The translations under genes and the position numbers were made by a program. A model generated the notes under the pieces. The model was not told the origin of the DNA. It was given only the letters and a program-made list of their open reading frames with translations, and made no database searches. A stretch of DNA of 63,953 nt, the filler included, from an uncultured bacterium (lineage in GTDB: Bacteria; CAZSTA01), in assembly GCA_964609495.1 (NCBI GenBank). It is 6 parts of 6 records of this genome, joined end to end, with 100 filler letters (N's around TTAATTAATTAA, not from the genome) between each part and the next. Parts side by side here need not be neighbours in the genome. Positions count along the whole stretch, not along the records: positions 1 to 12,007 come from CAZSTA010000105.1; positions 12,108 to 24,063 come from CAZSTA010000106.1; 4 more parts are not named here. One strand, written 5' to 3'. Positions 9,424-19,911 of the stretch are shown here, one piece after another. Numbering within the stretch: position 1 is the first letter of the stretch; every line of letters starts with the position of its first letter.

Positions 9424-11766
9424 TTATCCCCTCAGATTTTTTTCAACAACAACATCTGAGAAGAAGGATTTATTCATGCTCACGTCAATAGTTTCGCCAA
9501 CAATCTCAAATTCACCCTCTAGCCGTATATCTTCAGATGAACTGCCGACCATCACGTCTATGTTGCCTGGTTCTACAATAAACTGCATCTCCCGATTGTA
9601 AAAACCAAGCTGATTGATGTTAACTGTAAAGGTAACTTTACAGCTTGCCCCCGGCTCAAGCGTCACTCGTTTGAAGCCAACCAGTTCGCGAACCGGCCTG
9701 GTTATTGTAGCTTCCCGGTCATGGAAGTATAACTGAACAATCTCATCGCCTTTATATGTACCGGTGTTTTTCACTTCTAGGGAGATTTTAACTTTGCCTT
9801 TACTATCCACCTGTTTACTACTCACCTGCAGATTGCTATACCCAAAGCTGGTATAGCTCAATCCGTAACCAAAGGGGAAAAGAGGTCTGGCGGTCTCATC
9901 TACATAATCTCCTGTGAAGTGTGACCGTCCGCCTGAGGGTTTGTGATAATGATAGATTGGTATCTGACCGACACTCTGGGGAAAAGAAATAGGCAGTTTT
10001 CCGCCAGGAACAGCATCTCCGAACAGGACATCAGCGATTGCATCTCCGCCTTCTTCTCCAGGAACCCAAGCTTCAAGTATGGCTGGAATATTAGCAGCCG
10101 CCCATTTGATTGAAAGAGGGCGTCCATTTATTAAAACCAGGACAATAGGGGTCCCTGTTTCGTAAATGAGCTTTACCAGCTCTTCCTGAACCCCTGGTAG
10201 GTTCAAATCCGCCCGATCTCGTCCTTCACCGCTGGTGGATGATTGGGTAAGTCCACATTTTTCGCCCACAACTACAATAGCCAGATCGGCTTTTCGGGCG
10301 ATCTCGACAGCCTCTGAAAACCCTTCAGTGGAGTTATCCATTATTCCACAGCCCTTGGCATAGAGAACTTCAGTTGCGGGAGAGACTTTATCCTTAATGG
10401 CTTCCAAAACGCTTCTAATGGAATAAGATTCCCTGGTAAACGCCTCTTCGTCCTCAGCTGTGCGAATCTCTCTAATATGACTTACATGAGAGTAATCACC
10501 AAGGAGGTTTCGGACACTATCCGCATTGGGTCCTATTACTGCGATGCATCCCATATCTTTTTTAAGGGGCAGTAACTTGTCTCCATTTCTTAACAGGACC
10601 ATCGATTTTCTTGCTATTTCACGAGCTATCTCTTTGTTCCTCGCCTTGGTAAAGACAGCGGTGATATTTTCCACATCCACAAAGGGGTTCTCAAAAAGGC
10701 CAAGAGAGAATTTCGCTCTCAGCACCCGCTTAACGGATTCATCAATTATCCTCTCTTCCACCAACCCTTTTTTTACCGCATCGATTAAAACATCTCCATA
10801 CGCCTTAACACGCGGAAGTTCAACATCAAGACCCGCAGTTATCGCTTGGATTGCTGCTCCTTGCAAATCACAAGAAACATGATGATAAGAAAATGCCATG
10901 GCTATCGCCATATAGTCGGAGCTAACAAATCCTCTAAATCCTAGTCTCTCTCGCAGAATTTCGGTAAGGACTTCCTTGGATACACCGCAAGGAATACCAT
11001 CCAGTTCATGATAGGCATTCATAATGGATCCAATATTGGCTTCCCGGATGGCCGCCTCAAAAGGTTTGGCAAAAACTCCAAGCAATTCTCTTTGGGGAAT
11101 ATGAGCTGGTGCACAGTTCATTCCACCTTCTGATAATCCATATCCCAAGAAATGTTTTCCCGTTGCCAGTATACCCTCTTTAGGGTCTTCTCCCTGCAAT
11201 CCTTTGACATAGGAAGTGCCCATTCGCGAGATCAGATAGGGGTCCTCCCCAAAGGTTTCTTCGGTCCGTCCCCATCGAGGATCTCGGGCAATATCAAGGA
11301 CTGGAGAAAGCCCTTGATGTGCCCCAACGGAACGCATCTGTTCTCTTATGAGGCCAGTCATTTTCTCCGCAAGTTCCGGTTCCCAGGTTGAGGCAAGCCC
11401 GATAATCTGCGGAAACGCTGTTGCTTTTTTGGCCATATAACCACTGAGGCACTCTTCGTGGACGATGGCCGGGATGGCAAGTCGAGTATGGTCCTTTAAA
11501 TATCGCTGGATCTCATTTGTAATCCTGGCTGTTTGTTCAGGGGGTAGATTCGTTGCACCACCAATACGTGAGATCTGACCAACCCCATGAGCAAAGGCTT
11601 TACTTAGCTTTTCCGAATCAACTCCCTCTGGTCCCAGAAACTCAAGTACCCAATGACTCCCAAGCTGGGTGATTTTTTCCTCAAGTGTCATTCTGCCCAG
11701 TAGATCTTCAACTCTTTTTTCAATTGGTTGAGAAGCATCCATATACAGGCGATAATCATCACTCAT
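9424..11766 (-). CDS. Glycoside hydrolase family 3 (beta-glucosidase/beta-xylosidase) with Fn3-like domain
   Basis: MTLEEK, RDPRWGRTEETFGEDP, KHF, SDY nucleophile region, PFGYGLSY. Confidence 0.95.
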   Translation of the reverse strand: MSDDYRLYMDASQPIEKRVEDLLGRMTLEEKITQLGSHWVLEFLGPEGVDSEKLSKAFAHGVGQISRIGGATNLPPEQTARITNEIQRYLKDHTRLAIPAIVHEECLSGYMAKKATAFPQIIGLASTWEPELAEKMTGLIREQMRSVGAHQGLSPVLDIARDPRWGRTEETFGEDPYLISRMGTSYVKGLQGEDPKEGILATGKHFLGYGLSEGGMNCAPAHIPQRELLGVFAKPFEAAIREANIGSIMNAYHELDGIPCGVSKEVLTEILRERLGFRGFVSSDYMAIAMAFSYHHVSCDLQGAAIQAITAGLDVELPRVKAYGDVLIDAVKKGLVEERIIDESVKRVLRAKFSLGLFENPFVDVENITAVFTKARNKEIAREIARKSMVLLRNGDKLLPLKKDMGCIAVIGPNADSVRNLLGDYSHVSHIREIRTAEDEEAFTRESYSIRSVLEAIKDKVSPATEVLYAKGCGIMDNSTEGFSEAVEIARKADLAIVVVGEKCGLTQSSTSGEGRDRADLNLPGVQEELVKLIYETGTPIVLVLINGRPLSIKWAAANIPAILEAWVPGEEGGDAIADVLFGDAVPGGKLPISFPQSVGQIPIYHYHKPSGGRSHFTGDYVDETARPLFPFGYGLSYTSFGYSNLQVSSKQVDSKGKVKISLEVKNTGTYKGDEIVQLYFHDREATITRPVRELVGFKRVTLEPGASCKVTFTVNINQLGFYNREMQFIVEPGNIDVMVGSSSEDIRLEGEFEIVGETIDVSMNKSFFSDVVVEKNLRG

Positions 11767-11891
11767 GATAAATCCTCCTTATAGTTGCGTTGTTCGAGGT
11801 TTTCCGCTAGGCTCATAGCACTATGGCGCCTAACTCGTTTCTACACGATTCGCTAAAATATGCTTTTCTTGCATATTATTCGTATCTTACT

Positions 11892-11932
11892 TATTATATA
11901 ACAAAAATCTCTATTGTCAAGGGATTTTATCA
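11892..11932 (-). promoter_or_regulatory. sigma70 promoter, copy 2 of the 41-bp duplicated block (upstream of GH3)
   Basis: TTGACA-16-TATAAT; one mismatch to 8805-8845. Confidence 0.75.
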
Positions 11933-11986
11933 GTCCTGGATGCATATAGAATCGGGGATCAAAATGATTTCAGATCGAATTATAAT

Positions 11987-12007
11987 TCCCCCTCACCCTG
12001 GCCCTCT
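11987..12007. repeat. Truncated REP-like repeat at contig end
   Basis: CCCCCTCACCCTGGCCCTCT matches the start of the repeat at 6707 and 53067. Confidence 0.65.
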
Positions 12008-12107
12008 NNNNNNNNNNNNNNNNNNNNNNNNNNNNNNNNNNNNNNNNNNNNTTAATTAATTAANNNNNNNNNNNNNNNNNNNNNNNNNNNNNNNNNNNNN
12101 NNNNNNN
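12008..12107. other. Artificial contig linker
   Basis: N-run, TTAATTAATTAA (stops in all six frames), N-run. Confidence 0.99.
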
Positions 12108-12109
12108 AT

Positions 12110-13000
12110 ATGTATTTCCGTCTGGTTACCCACGGGGGAGATGATCCCTTCTGGGCTGTGGTACACAAAGGGATGCTCGACGCCGCCAAAGAACTGGGTT
12201 GCAAGGCTGATATCGACCTAGTCGGAGGGGATGTCCCGTTACAGGTGAAGAGATTCCAAGAGGCAGTGGCCATGAAACCTGATGGGATAGCTTTGGTCAT
12301 AAATGACGACGTTGCCTATGACAAGCCGGTTAAAGATGCGCTTGCGGCCGGAGTCAACGTGATCGGTATGAACAACGATGACAAAGAAGGAGCGGCGGGC
12401 AATGCCCGGCTCTGTTACATCGGTCAAAGCGAGCGACGTGCAGGCTACATCGTAGCTAGAAGGTGTTTCCAGAAAGCGAAAGAGCTGGGATGGGATTTGA
12501 GCAAAGCGCATGTGGCCATGCCGGTCGAAGTGCCTGGGGCGATGTATGGGGTGGTAAGATCGCAGGGTATCCAAGATGCCATGAAAGAATATGGTATCAC
12601 ATCTTTCGAGATAATAGATGCTGGTGGTTTAGAAATGACCACGGTGGAGGCTCGAGAGACCGCGTATCTGCTGGCGCACCCTGAAACCACATTCATGTTT
12701 GGTCTCGGCGGTATCTGTACCAATATGCTTACAGCTTCGCTGAAGGCTGCCGGCAAGAAGCCAGGGGAAATCATAGCCGGTGGATTCGATACCGCGCCAG
12801 GTACCCTCACTGGACTTAAAGAAGGATACGTAGAGGCGACCGTCGATCAGCAACAGTACCTGCAGGGATACTATGCTGTCTATACACTTTATCTCATGAA
12901 GAGATATGGCTTTGCCCCTAACATAGACACGGGAGGCTACCTGGTCGATAAAGACATTATCGGAGTTATCGAAGATCTGTCGCCGCTGATGATAAGATAG
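12110..13000 (+). CDS. Sugar ABC transporter substrate-binding protein, CUT2/RbsB-like (5'-truncated)
   Basis: DPFWAVV, PDGIAL, YIGQ, GGFD, ATVDQQQYLQGY. Confidence 0.9.
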   Translation: MYFRLVTHGGDDPFWAVVHKGMLDAAKELGCKADIDLVGGDVPLQVKRFQEAVAMKPDGIALVINDDVAYDKPVKDALAAGVNVIGMNNDDKEGAAGNARLCYIGQSERRAGYIVARRCFQKAKELGWDLSKAHVAMPVEVPGAMYGVVRSQGIQDAMKEYGITSFEIIDAGGLEMTTVEARETAYLLAHPETTFMFGLGGICTNMLTASLKAAGKKPGEIIAGGFDTAPGTLTGLKEGYVEATVDQQQYLQGYYAVYTLYLMKRYGFAPNIDTGGYLVDKDIIGVIEDLSPLMIR

Positions 13001-13041
13001 GAATAGCCGCGGCAAAACCTTAAATTGTTGTCAAAATGTAA

Positions 13042-13130
13042 GACTCTCTTCCCAATGCTCCTGGAAGTTTGCTCTCAGGGAGCGTAGCTACCCAGGAGCA
13101 GCGGGAAGTCGAGTATTTTTATGTTTTTTG
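13042..13130 (+). terminator. Long intercistronic hairpin or terminator
   Basis: Nested stems CTTCCC/GGGAAG and TGCTCCTGG/CCAGGAGCA followed by T-rich tracts. Confidence 0.6.
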
Positions 13131-13191
13131 CTTTTGGCTAGGAGATATTCTGAAGACCATTCATGAAAACCACAAATAAGCGGTCATAGCT

Positions 13192-14175
13192 GTGTCAAGC
13201 ATATCAAGAAAATTATCAAAATTATTTTCTTATCAGGCTGCTGATACTCTTGCTGTCTTCATTGGGCTGATATTAATTTTTACTTTTTTTACTCCCCACC
13301 GCCTTTTTGTTGACCCGAGAAATATCAAAGCTCTAAGCAAGTTAACACCTGATCTAGGAATTGTTGCTTTGGGCGTTGGTATGTTGATGATCTGCGGGGA
13401 ATTCGATTTATCGGTGGGTGCAGTGCTGCCCTTTTGTTCATATGTTTTTGTGCTCCTAACGCGAGCAGGCATGGATTTGGTTTTCAGCCTATTTATCACC
13501 ATTGGAGTAGGAGCTCTTCTTGGCCTTTTAAATGGTCTTATTACCGTGAAGGGGCGCATTCCTTCCTTCATAGCTACCCTGGGGACAATGATGTTCTGGA
13601 GAGGGGTACTCTACGTTCATTCCCTCATGTGGCCAATAGGTATAAGAGCTTTCCTGCCAGCCGGTTCATCTTTCGAACATGCTCTGATAGGTGAAATCGG
13701 AGGGGTCCTTCCTGTACAGGTGGTTTGGTTTGTGGTGTTTGGACTGATCCTTGGGGTATTGCTTCACTTCCATAAATTCGGTAACTGGATCTACGCTACC
13801 GGTGACAACAAAGAAGCAGCCAGAGCCATGGGTATAAACACAGATATGGTAAAGACGATCTGCTTCATAATTGTAGGGATCTTATGTGCCTTTGTGGGGG
13901 TAATGCAGCTTCTCCGACTTGAATCGTTTGCCTGCACGCAAGGACTGGGATTTGAGCTCAAGGCAATCGCGGCTTCCGTAGTTGGAGGAACCTTCCTTAT
14001 GGGAGGCGTAGGAAGTATAGGGGGGATTTTTTTGGGAGCACTTACTATCCAAATTTTGGAGAACGGACTCATCTTAATGAGGATCCCCGTATTCGGGATT
14101 ACCGCATTTATAGGTTTAGCCATAATTTTGTTTGTGGTCTTGAATACCTATGTGAGAAGAAAGATGATAGGGTAG
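13192..14175 (+). CDS. Sugar ABC transporter permease (RbsC-like)
   Basis: GEFDLSVG, IPSFIATLG, YATGDNKEAARAMGI, ELKAIAASVVGG. Confidence 0.92.
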   Translation: MSSISRKLSKLFSYQAADTLAVFIGLILIFTFFTPHRLFVDPRNIKALSKLTPDLGIVALGVGMLMICGEFDLSVGAVLPFCSYVFVLLTRAGMDLVFSLFITIGVGALLGLLNGLITVKGRIPSFIATLGTMMFWRGVLYVHSLMWPIGIRAFLPAGSSFEHALIGEIGGVLPVQVVWFVVFGLILGVLLHFHKFGNWIYATGDNKEAARAMGINTDMVKTICFIIVGILCAFVGVMQLLRLESFACTQGLGFELKAIAASVVGGTFLMGGVGSIGGIFLGALTIQILENGLILMRIPVFGITAFIGLAIILFVVLNTYVRRKMIG

Positions 14176-14250
14176 ATGGACTGCGGCGGTTGAATAGTTA
14201 CTTAGGGTTTTTGGTAAGCTAGGTTGAAAATAAAAGAGGGGTTTTGAACT

Positions 14251-15021
14251 ATGGTATCTTCTTCTGTAACCGATAAGCCGGAAAAAAGCCTGGTTAAGAT
14301 GGTAAATGTCCACAAATGGTTTGGAAAAGTTTATGCCCTAAAAGGAGTCGACTTTGAGGTCAGGCACTCTGAGATCATGGGTTTAGTGGGTGACAATGGT
14401 GCAGGTAAATCAACATTGATAAAAGTCCTGTCGGGATATCACTTGGCAGACAAAGGGGAAACATATTTTGAGGGCAAAAGAGTGAATATCACTTCCTCTC
14501 GTGATGCTAGAAAGTTAGGCATCGAAACTGTCTATCAGGAGCAGGCCTTAGCGCCCAATATGAGTATATCAAGAAACATCTTTATGGGAAGGGAATTAGT
14601 AAGATCATTGGGACTTATGGATAAGAAAGCCATGGATGGAGGAAGTATGAAGGCCTTGGAAAGCATCGGATTGCATCTGAGGTCGCCAGATGCACTCATC
14701 GCTATGCTATCAGGGGGAGAGAGGCAAGGGGTGGCTATAGCCAGAGTCTTGCATTTTAAGGCTAAGCTGGTGATATTGGATGAACCTACGATCGCCTTGT
14801 CAGTTAAAGAGGCTCAGCAAGTATTAGAATTCATAAAACAGTTAAAAGAAGAAGGGATCTCAGTTATCTTCATAACGCATAACCTTTATCATGTATTCCC
14901 CAGTGCAGATAGATTTGTCGTTTTGAATCGGGGGGAAAAGGTAGCAGACGTCGAAAAAAAAGACACCTCTATAGATGACCTTACTGAATTGATAGTAAAG
15001 CCACCTTCTAATAGTAATTGA
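14251..15021 (+). CDS. Sugar ABC transporter ATP-binding protein (single domain)
   Basis: Walker A GDNGAGKST, signature LSGGERQ, Walker B VILDEPT. Confidence 0.95.
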   Translation: MVSSSVTDKPEKSLVKMVNVHKWFGKVYALKGVDFEVRHSEIMGLVGDNGAGKSTLIKVLSGYHLADKGETYFEGKRVNITSSRDARKLGIETVYQEQALAPNMSISRNIFMGRELVRSLGLMDKKAMDGGSMKALESIGLHLRSPDALIAMLSGGERQGVAIARVLHFKAKLVILDEPTIALSVKEAQQVLEFIKQLKEEGISVIFITHNLYHVFPSADRFVVLNRGEKVADVEKKDTSIDDLTELIVKPPSNSN

Positions 15022-15063
15022 AGCATCCCCCCAACTAGGGAGGTTTAAAGGAGGAGGAAAAGT

Positions 15064-16056
15064 TTGAGGTTTATTAAACTTTTTTTTGCCCATAGAGCTG
15101 CCAGTATCCTTCTGGTATTTATTGGCTTAATATTATTCTTTGCTCTCTTTTCTCCTCACCATCGTTTCACCAGTCGAGCCAACCTGGAAGTTCTTCTGGC
15201 ACTGGGATCTGAGTTCAATATCGTTGCTTTGGGTGTGGGTATGTTGATGATCTCTGGGGAGTTCGATCTTTCAGTTGGTTCAATCCTGGTATTTTGTTCC
15301 TTTGTTTTTATGAGACTATTCGAGACGGGGATGAATTTATTCTTAGCAGGATTTATCACCCTTGGTGTAGGAGCTCTCCTGGGCTTCTTAAATGGTCTCA
15401 TAACGACAAAGGCACGTATTCCTTCCTTTATAACTACTCTGGGAATGATGATGTTCTGGAGGGGGATGACACTTATCTTGTCCCAAGGTTTCCAAAGGCC
15501 TTTTGATTCAGCAGTTTCGCCGCTGCTTAGCAGTGTTTTGACCGGTAAAATCGGAGGGTTCATTCCCGTACAGGCGGTTTGGTTTGTGGTGTTTGGGCTG
15601 ATCCTGGGAGTGTTGCTTCACTTCCATAAATTCGGTAATTGGATCTACGCTACGGGGGACAACAAAGAAGCAGCCAGGGCCATGGGCATAAATACAGACC
15701 GGGTAAAGATGATCTGTTTCATGATTGTAGGAATCTTATGTGCCTTTGTCGCGGTGATGCAAATTGTTCGAGTTAGCACATTTTCCTCTCGAGCAGGAGA
15801 TGGTTGGGAGCTCAAAGCGATCGCCGCTTCCGTGGTTGGGGGAACCTCCCTCACGGGAGGCATAGGAATTATGGCGGGGATTTTCCTGGGGGCACTTACA
15901 ATCTCGGCTATAGAAAATGGACTGGTTATATTAAGAATCCCTTATTTCTGGACCTACATAGTTTTTGGTTTGGTTATAATCTCATCTGTACTCTCGAGTG
16001 CGTATTTAGAAAAGAAGGGCACTTTGACATCTATTGTGACGAATAGAAAAACATAA
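15064..16056 (+). CDS. Sugar ABC transporter permease (RbsC-like), paralog of 13192-14175
   Basis: Same motif set as the first permease. Confidence 0.92.
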   Translation: MRFIKLFFAHRAASILLVFIGLILFFALFSPHHRFTSRANLEVLLALGSEFNIVALGVGMLMISGEFDLSVGSILVFCSFVFMRLFETGMNLFLAGFITLGVGALLGFLNGLITTKARIPSFITTLGMMMFWRGMTLILSQGFQRPFDSAVSPLLSSVLTGKIGGFIPVQAVWFVVFGLILGVLLHFHKFGNWIYATGDNKEAARAMGINTDRVKMICFMIVGILCAFVAVMQIVRVSTFSSRAGDGWELKAIAASVVGGTSLTGGIGIMAGIFLGALTISAIENGLVILRIPYFWTYIVFGLVIISSVLSSAYLEKKGTLTSIVTNRKT

Positions 16057-16096
16057 AGTAATTGATAAAGCCCCCTAAAAATAAATAAAATTTTTG

Positions 16097-16125
16097 TTGA
16101 CAAATTAAAAATTTTTTGTTATAAT
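16097..16125 (+). promoter_or_regulatory. Consensus sigma70 promoter of rpoBC
   Basis: TTGACA-17-TATAAT with TG extended -10 and an AT-rich upstream tract. Confidence 0.8.
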
Positions 16126-16306
16126 TGGAAGATGTGTGAACTTGGATAATCCGAGCAATTTCGGTTGTTAGTATCTCTATTTATTTGGTTTTTGAATTAT
16201 CGATGGTGATATATTAGATGTCAATTAGGATCGGCCCGAAGCCGAAATTTCGGCTGTTGGAATGCATACCAGGAGCCGAAATTTTAGTTTTGGACTCGTC
16301 TAAATG

Positions 16307-16424
16307 TAGTGCCCCTCAATCATTTGGTTAAGTTAATAGGTTAGTTCTGGTCTGACTTAAACCTCCCTCATAGACCATATTTTCCTTAGATTTTTCCTCA
16401 TCGACCAAATTAGAAGGGGCACTA
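16307..16424 (+). promoter_or_regulatory. Candidate structured 5' leader of rpoB
   Basis: Closing stem TAGTGCCCCT/AGGGGCACTA; inner stems ATTTGGTT/GACCAAAT and TTAAGTTA/TGACTTAA. Confidence 0.45.
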
Positions 16425-16459
16425 AGCGTCTATAATAATAACAGGGGTGATCTCTAAAG

Positions 16460-19400
16460 ATGGTAAAACCAGTTAGATGTGGACAAAGGGTGAGGATGAG
16501 TTATAGCTGGATCCCAGAGGTCTTAGAGATGCCTAATTTGATCGAGAATCAGCTTTCCTCTTATAACAATTTCCTTCAGAAGGATGTTCCTCCTGAGGAG
16601 AGAAAGCTGCAAGGCCTTCAGGAAGTTTTCTTAGATGTCTTTCCGATCAATGATTTCAACGACAATATGGTCTTGGAATTCGTTGATTACACTATTGAGG
16701 ATCCGCCTTATACCTCTAATGAGTGTAGAGAAAGGGATTTAACTTATTCTTCACCACTTAAGATCAGGGTTCGTCTGATCAGTAAGCGAACAGGAGAGGT
16801 TAAGGAACAAGAGATATTTGTAGGAGATCTGCCGATGATGACTGATAAGGGGACCTTCGTCATAAACGGCGCGGAGAGAGTAGTAGTCACTCAACTCCAC
16901 CGTTCTCCGGGGGTTTTCTATGAGGAGCTTGCCGATGCAAGTGGAAGAAGAACCTTCTCTGCTAGGGTAATCCCTTATCGAGGAGCTTGGATCGAGTTCA
17001 GTTTGGATTCTAAAGATATTGTATATGTTAGACTCAACCGCCGTCGTAAGATGCTAGCCACTGCTTTGCTCAGAACCTTGGGGTATAGCACTGATGAGGA
17101 GATACTAGAGTTATTCGACAACTCCCCCATAATTCAGGCTACTTTAGAGAAGGATTATACCAATAACCGGGAGGAGGCCTTGGTAGAGATCTATCGCCGT
17201 CTGAGGCCGGGGGATCCTCCTCAGGTCGAGAGTGCCCAGGGCCTACTTCGCAGTCTTCTCTCCGATCCAAAGAAATACGATCTGGCGCGAGTTGGCAGAC
17301 ATAACATGAATAAGAAATTGGGATTAAATTTCCCCCTGGAGGAGAGAACGATAATCGAGATCAAGGAGGGGAAGATCATAGATAAGGGGATAGTAGCCTC
17401 CTTGAAATATCTGGTGGGACTCCCCGAAGGTAAAGGCACTGTTGATGATATCGACCATCTGGGCAAGAGGCGAGTGCGCTCGGTAGGAGAATTACTCCAG
17501 AATCAATTTCGGATAGGTCTGGTCCGGATGGAGAGAGTAGCGCGCGAGCGAATGACGATTCAACCCGATAGTGAGACCACTACGCCCCAGACTCTTATAA
17601 ACATTAGGCCGATAGTGGCGGCTATTCGGGGGTTCTTCGGGGGGAGTCAACTCTCGCAATTTATGGATCAGGTCAATCCCCTCGCGGAATTGGCTCATAA
17701 GAGACGTTTAAGTGCTTTGGGACCCGGGGGATTGAAGCGAGATCGGGCGGGATTCGAGGTGCGTGACGTTCACAATACTCACTATGGTCGGATATGCCCG
17801 ATAGAGACGCCTGAGGGACCAAATATCGGTTTGATCGGTAATCTTGGCACCTATGCTCTGATAAGCGATTTCGGCTATATCCAAGCTCCCTATCGTAGGG
17901 TGGTCGAGGGAGTCGTTACCGACGAGATCCGCTATCTTACAGCCGATGAGGAGGATGAATATGTCATCGCTCAGGCGAATGCCCCTTTGGATGAGGAAGG
18001 CCATTTTCTCAGTAATAGAGTCACGGTCCGCTATCAGGACGAGATAAAGATGGTCTCTCCCGAGGAGGTCAACTTTATGGATGTATCTCCTAAACAGATC
18101 GTCAGTGTAGCTACCTCACTCATCCCATTTTTGGAGCATGATGATGCCGGTCGAGCCTTGATGGGAGCGAATATGCAACGGCAGGCGGTTCCCTTAATTC
18201 GCACCGAAGCCCCCCTAATCGGCACGGGGATGGAGTATCGAGCGGCCAAGGACTCCGGAGCAGTGGTCGTTGCCAAGCGCGCGGGAATCGTAGGAGAGGT
18301 AACCGCAGATAGGATAGTGGTAATCCCCAATGGATGTGAGGAGAGGACTGAGGGGGAAAGGATAGCGGATGTATATGAATTAATGAAATTCAAACGTTCT
18401 AACCAGGATACCTGTATAAACCAAAGACCGATTGTGCGGAAGGGACAAAGGATCGAGCGTGATCAAGTTATAGCTGATGGGGCGGCTACCGATCACGGAG
18501 AGTTAGCCTTAGGAGCTAACGTTTTGGTGGCGTTTATGTCCTGGGAAGGCTATAACTATGAGGATGCGATAGTGATAAGCGAGAAGCTGGTGGGGGATGA
18601 TATCTTCACCTCGATTCACATCGAGAAATATGAGGTAGAGGCTCGAGATACCAAGCTGGGACCTGAGGAGATAACGAGGGATATCCCTAATATCGGGGAG
18701 GAGGCTCTAAGAAATCTCGATGAAGACGGCATCGTTAGGGTAGGAGCTGAGGTGACGCAAGGGGATATTTTAGTGGGTAAGATTACCCCTAAGGGGGAGA
18801 CGGAGCTAACTGCGGAGGCGAAGCTATTGAGGGCTATCTTTGGAGAGAAAGCCCGAGAGGTTAGGGATACCAGCCTGCGCGTCCCCCATGGGGAGGGGGG
18901 ATGTGTGATCTCAACCACGATCCTCTCTCGCCACGAAGGACACGAGCTACCTCCCGGAGTGAACAAGATGGTTCGGGTCTATGTAGCGGTCAAGAGGAAG
19001 ATCACCGAGGGGGATAAGATGGCGGGTCGTCACGGGAATAAAGGGGTTATCGCCAAGGTTGTTCCCGAGGAGGATATGCCTTTCTTAGAGGATGGGACTC
19101 CCATTGAGATCATCTTGAATCCCCTGGGGGTGCCCTCCCGAATGAACATAGGTCAGATTTTGGAGACCCATCTGGGGTGGACAGCAAATAAAATGGGATA
19201 CTATATCGCTTCTCCCGTCTTCGATGGAGCGAAGGAGGATGAGATCAGGAAGGCGCTTATTTCTGCTGGTCTCCCTGAGGATGGAAAGGCAGTTCTCTAC
19301 GATGGCCGGACTGGTCTGCCTTTCGATCAAAAGATAACGGTGGGGTATATATATATGATGAAGCTAGCTCACTTAGTAGATGATAAGATCCATGCCAGAT

Positions 19401-19849
19401 CGACCGGACCTTACTCGGTGATCACTCAGCAACCCTTAGGGGGGAAGGCTCAGTTTGGAGGACAGCGATTTGGGGAGATGGAGGTATGGGCGCTGGAGGC
19501 TTATGGGGCAGCTCATACTCTCCAAGAGATGCTCACTATAAAATCTGATGATGTGACGGGGAGGGTCAAGGCTTATGAGGCGATCGTCAAGGGCGAGCAG
19601 TTGACTCCTCCGGGCATCCCTGAATCCTTCAAGGTTCTTATTAAGGAGTTGCAGAGTTTAGCGGTGGATGTGAAGTTATTGGATAAAAATGGTTCTGAGA
19701 TTAAGATAGATGATGAGGAGAGCGATTATGATATCTTCCATTTCAGCACTTCCAGGGGCTTAAGCCTTGCCTCCGAGGATGAGGAAGCGGAGGCGGAGGG
19801 AGAGTTGGAGGGGGATGAAGATTATCGAACGAAGAGTCTCGCCAATTAG
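16460..19849 (+). CDS. rpoB: DNA-directed RNA polymerase subunit beta
   Basis: [58 protein letters not shown]. Confidence 0.99.
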   Translation: MVKPVRCGQRVRMSYSWIPEVLEMPNLIENQLSSYNNFLQKDVPPEERKLQGLQEVFLDVFPINDFNDNMVLEFVDYTIEDPPYTSNECRERDLTYSSPLKIRVRLISKRTGEVKEQEIFVGDLPMMTDKGTFVINGAERVVVTQLHRSPGVFYEELADASGRRTFSARVIPYRGAWIEFSLDSKDIVYVRLNRRRKMLATALLRTLGYSTDEEILELFDNSPIIQATLEKDYTNNREEALVEIYRRLRPGDPPQVESAQGLLRSLLSDPKKYDLARVGRHNMNKKLGLNFPLEERTIIEIKEGKIIDKGIVASLKYLVGLPEGKGTVDDIDHLGKRRVRSVGELLQNQFRIGLVRMERVARERMTIQPDSETTTPQTLINIRPIVAAIRGFFGGSQLSQFMDQVNPLAELAHKRRLSALGPGGLKRDRAGFEVRDVHNTHYGRICPIETPEGPNIGLIGNLGTYALISDFGYIQAPYRRVVEGVVTDEIRYLTADEEDEYVIAQANAPLDEEGHFLSNRVTVRYQDEIKMVSPEEVNFMDVSPKQIVSVATSLIPFLEHDDAGRALMGANMQRQAVPLIRTEAPLIGTGMEYRAAKDSGAVVVAKRAGIVGEVTADRIVVIPNGCEERTEGERIADVYELMKFKRSNQDTCINQRPIVRKGQRIERDQVIADGAATDHGELALGANVLVAFMSWEGYNYEDAIVISEKLVGDDIFTSIHIEKYEVEARDTKLGPEEITRDIPNIGEEALRNLDEDGIVRVGAEVTQGDILVGKITPKGETELTAEAKLLRAIFGEKAREVRDTSLRVPHGEGGCVISTTILSRHEGHELPPGVNKMVRVYVAVKRKITEGDKMAGRHGNKGVIAKVVPEEDMPFLEDGTPIEIILNPLGVPSRMNIGQILETHLGWTANKMGYYIASPVFDGAKEDEIRKALISAGLPEDGKAVLYDGRTGLPFDQKITVGYIYMMKLAHLVDDKIHARSTGPYSVITQQPLGGKAQFGGQRFGEMEVWALEAYGAAHTLQEMLTIKSDDVTGRVKAYEAIVKGEQLTPPGIPESFKVLIKELQSLAVDVKLLDKNGSEIKIDDEESDYDIFHFSTSRGLSLASEDEEAEAEGELEGDEDYRTKSLAN

Positions 19850-19911
19850 AGGGGGATGACCCCCCTGCGTGTCCAATACATATCTCGATTTTTTCCAGAG
19901 GTGATTTTCAG

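Noticed and set aside
12008..12107. TTAATTAATTAA as a biological repeat, and ORFs that cross the linkers
   Set aside because: Synthetic six-frame stop spacer inside N-runs; the X...LIN ORF ends are artefacts
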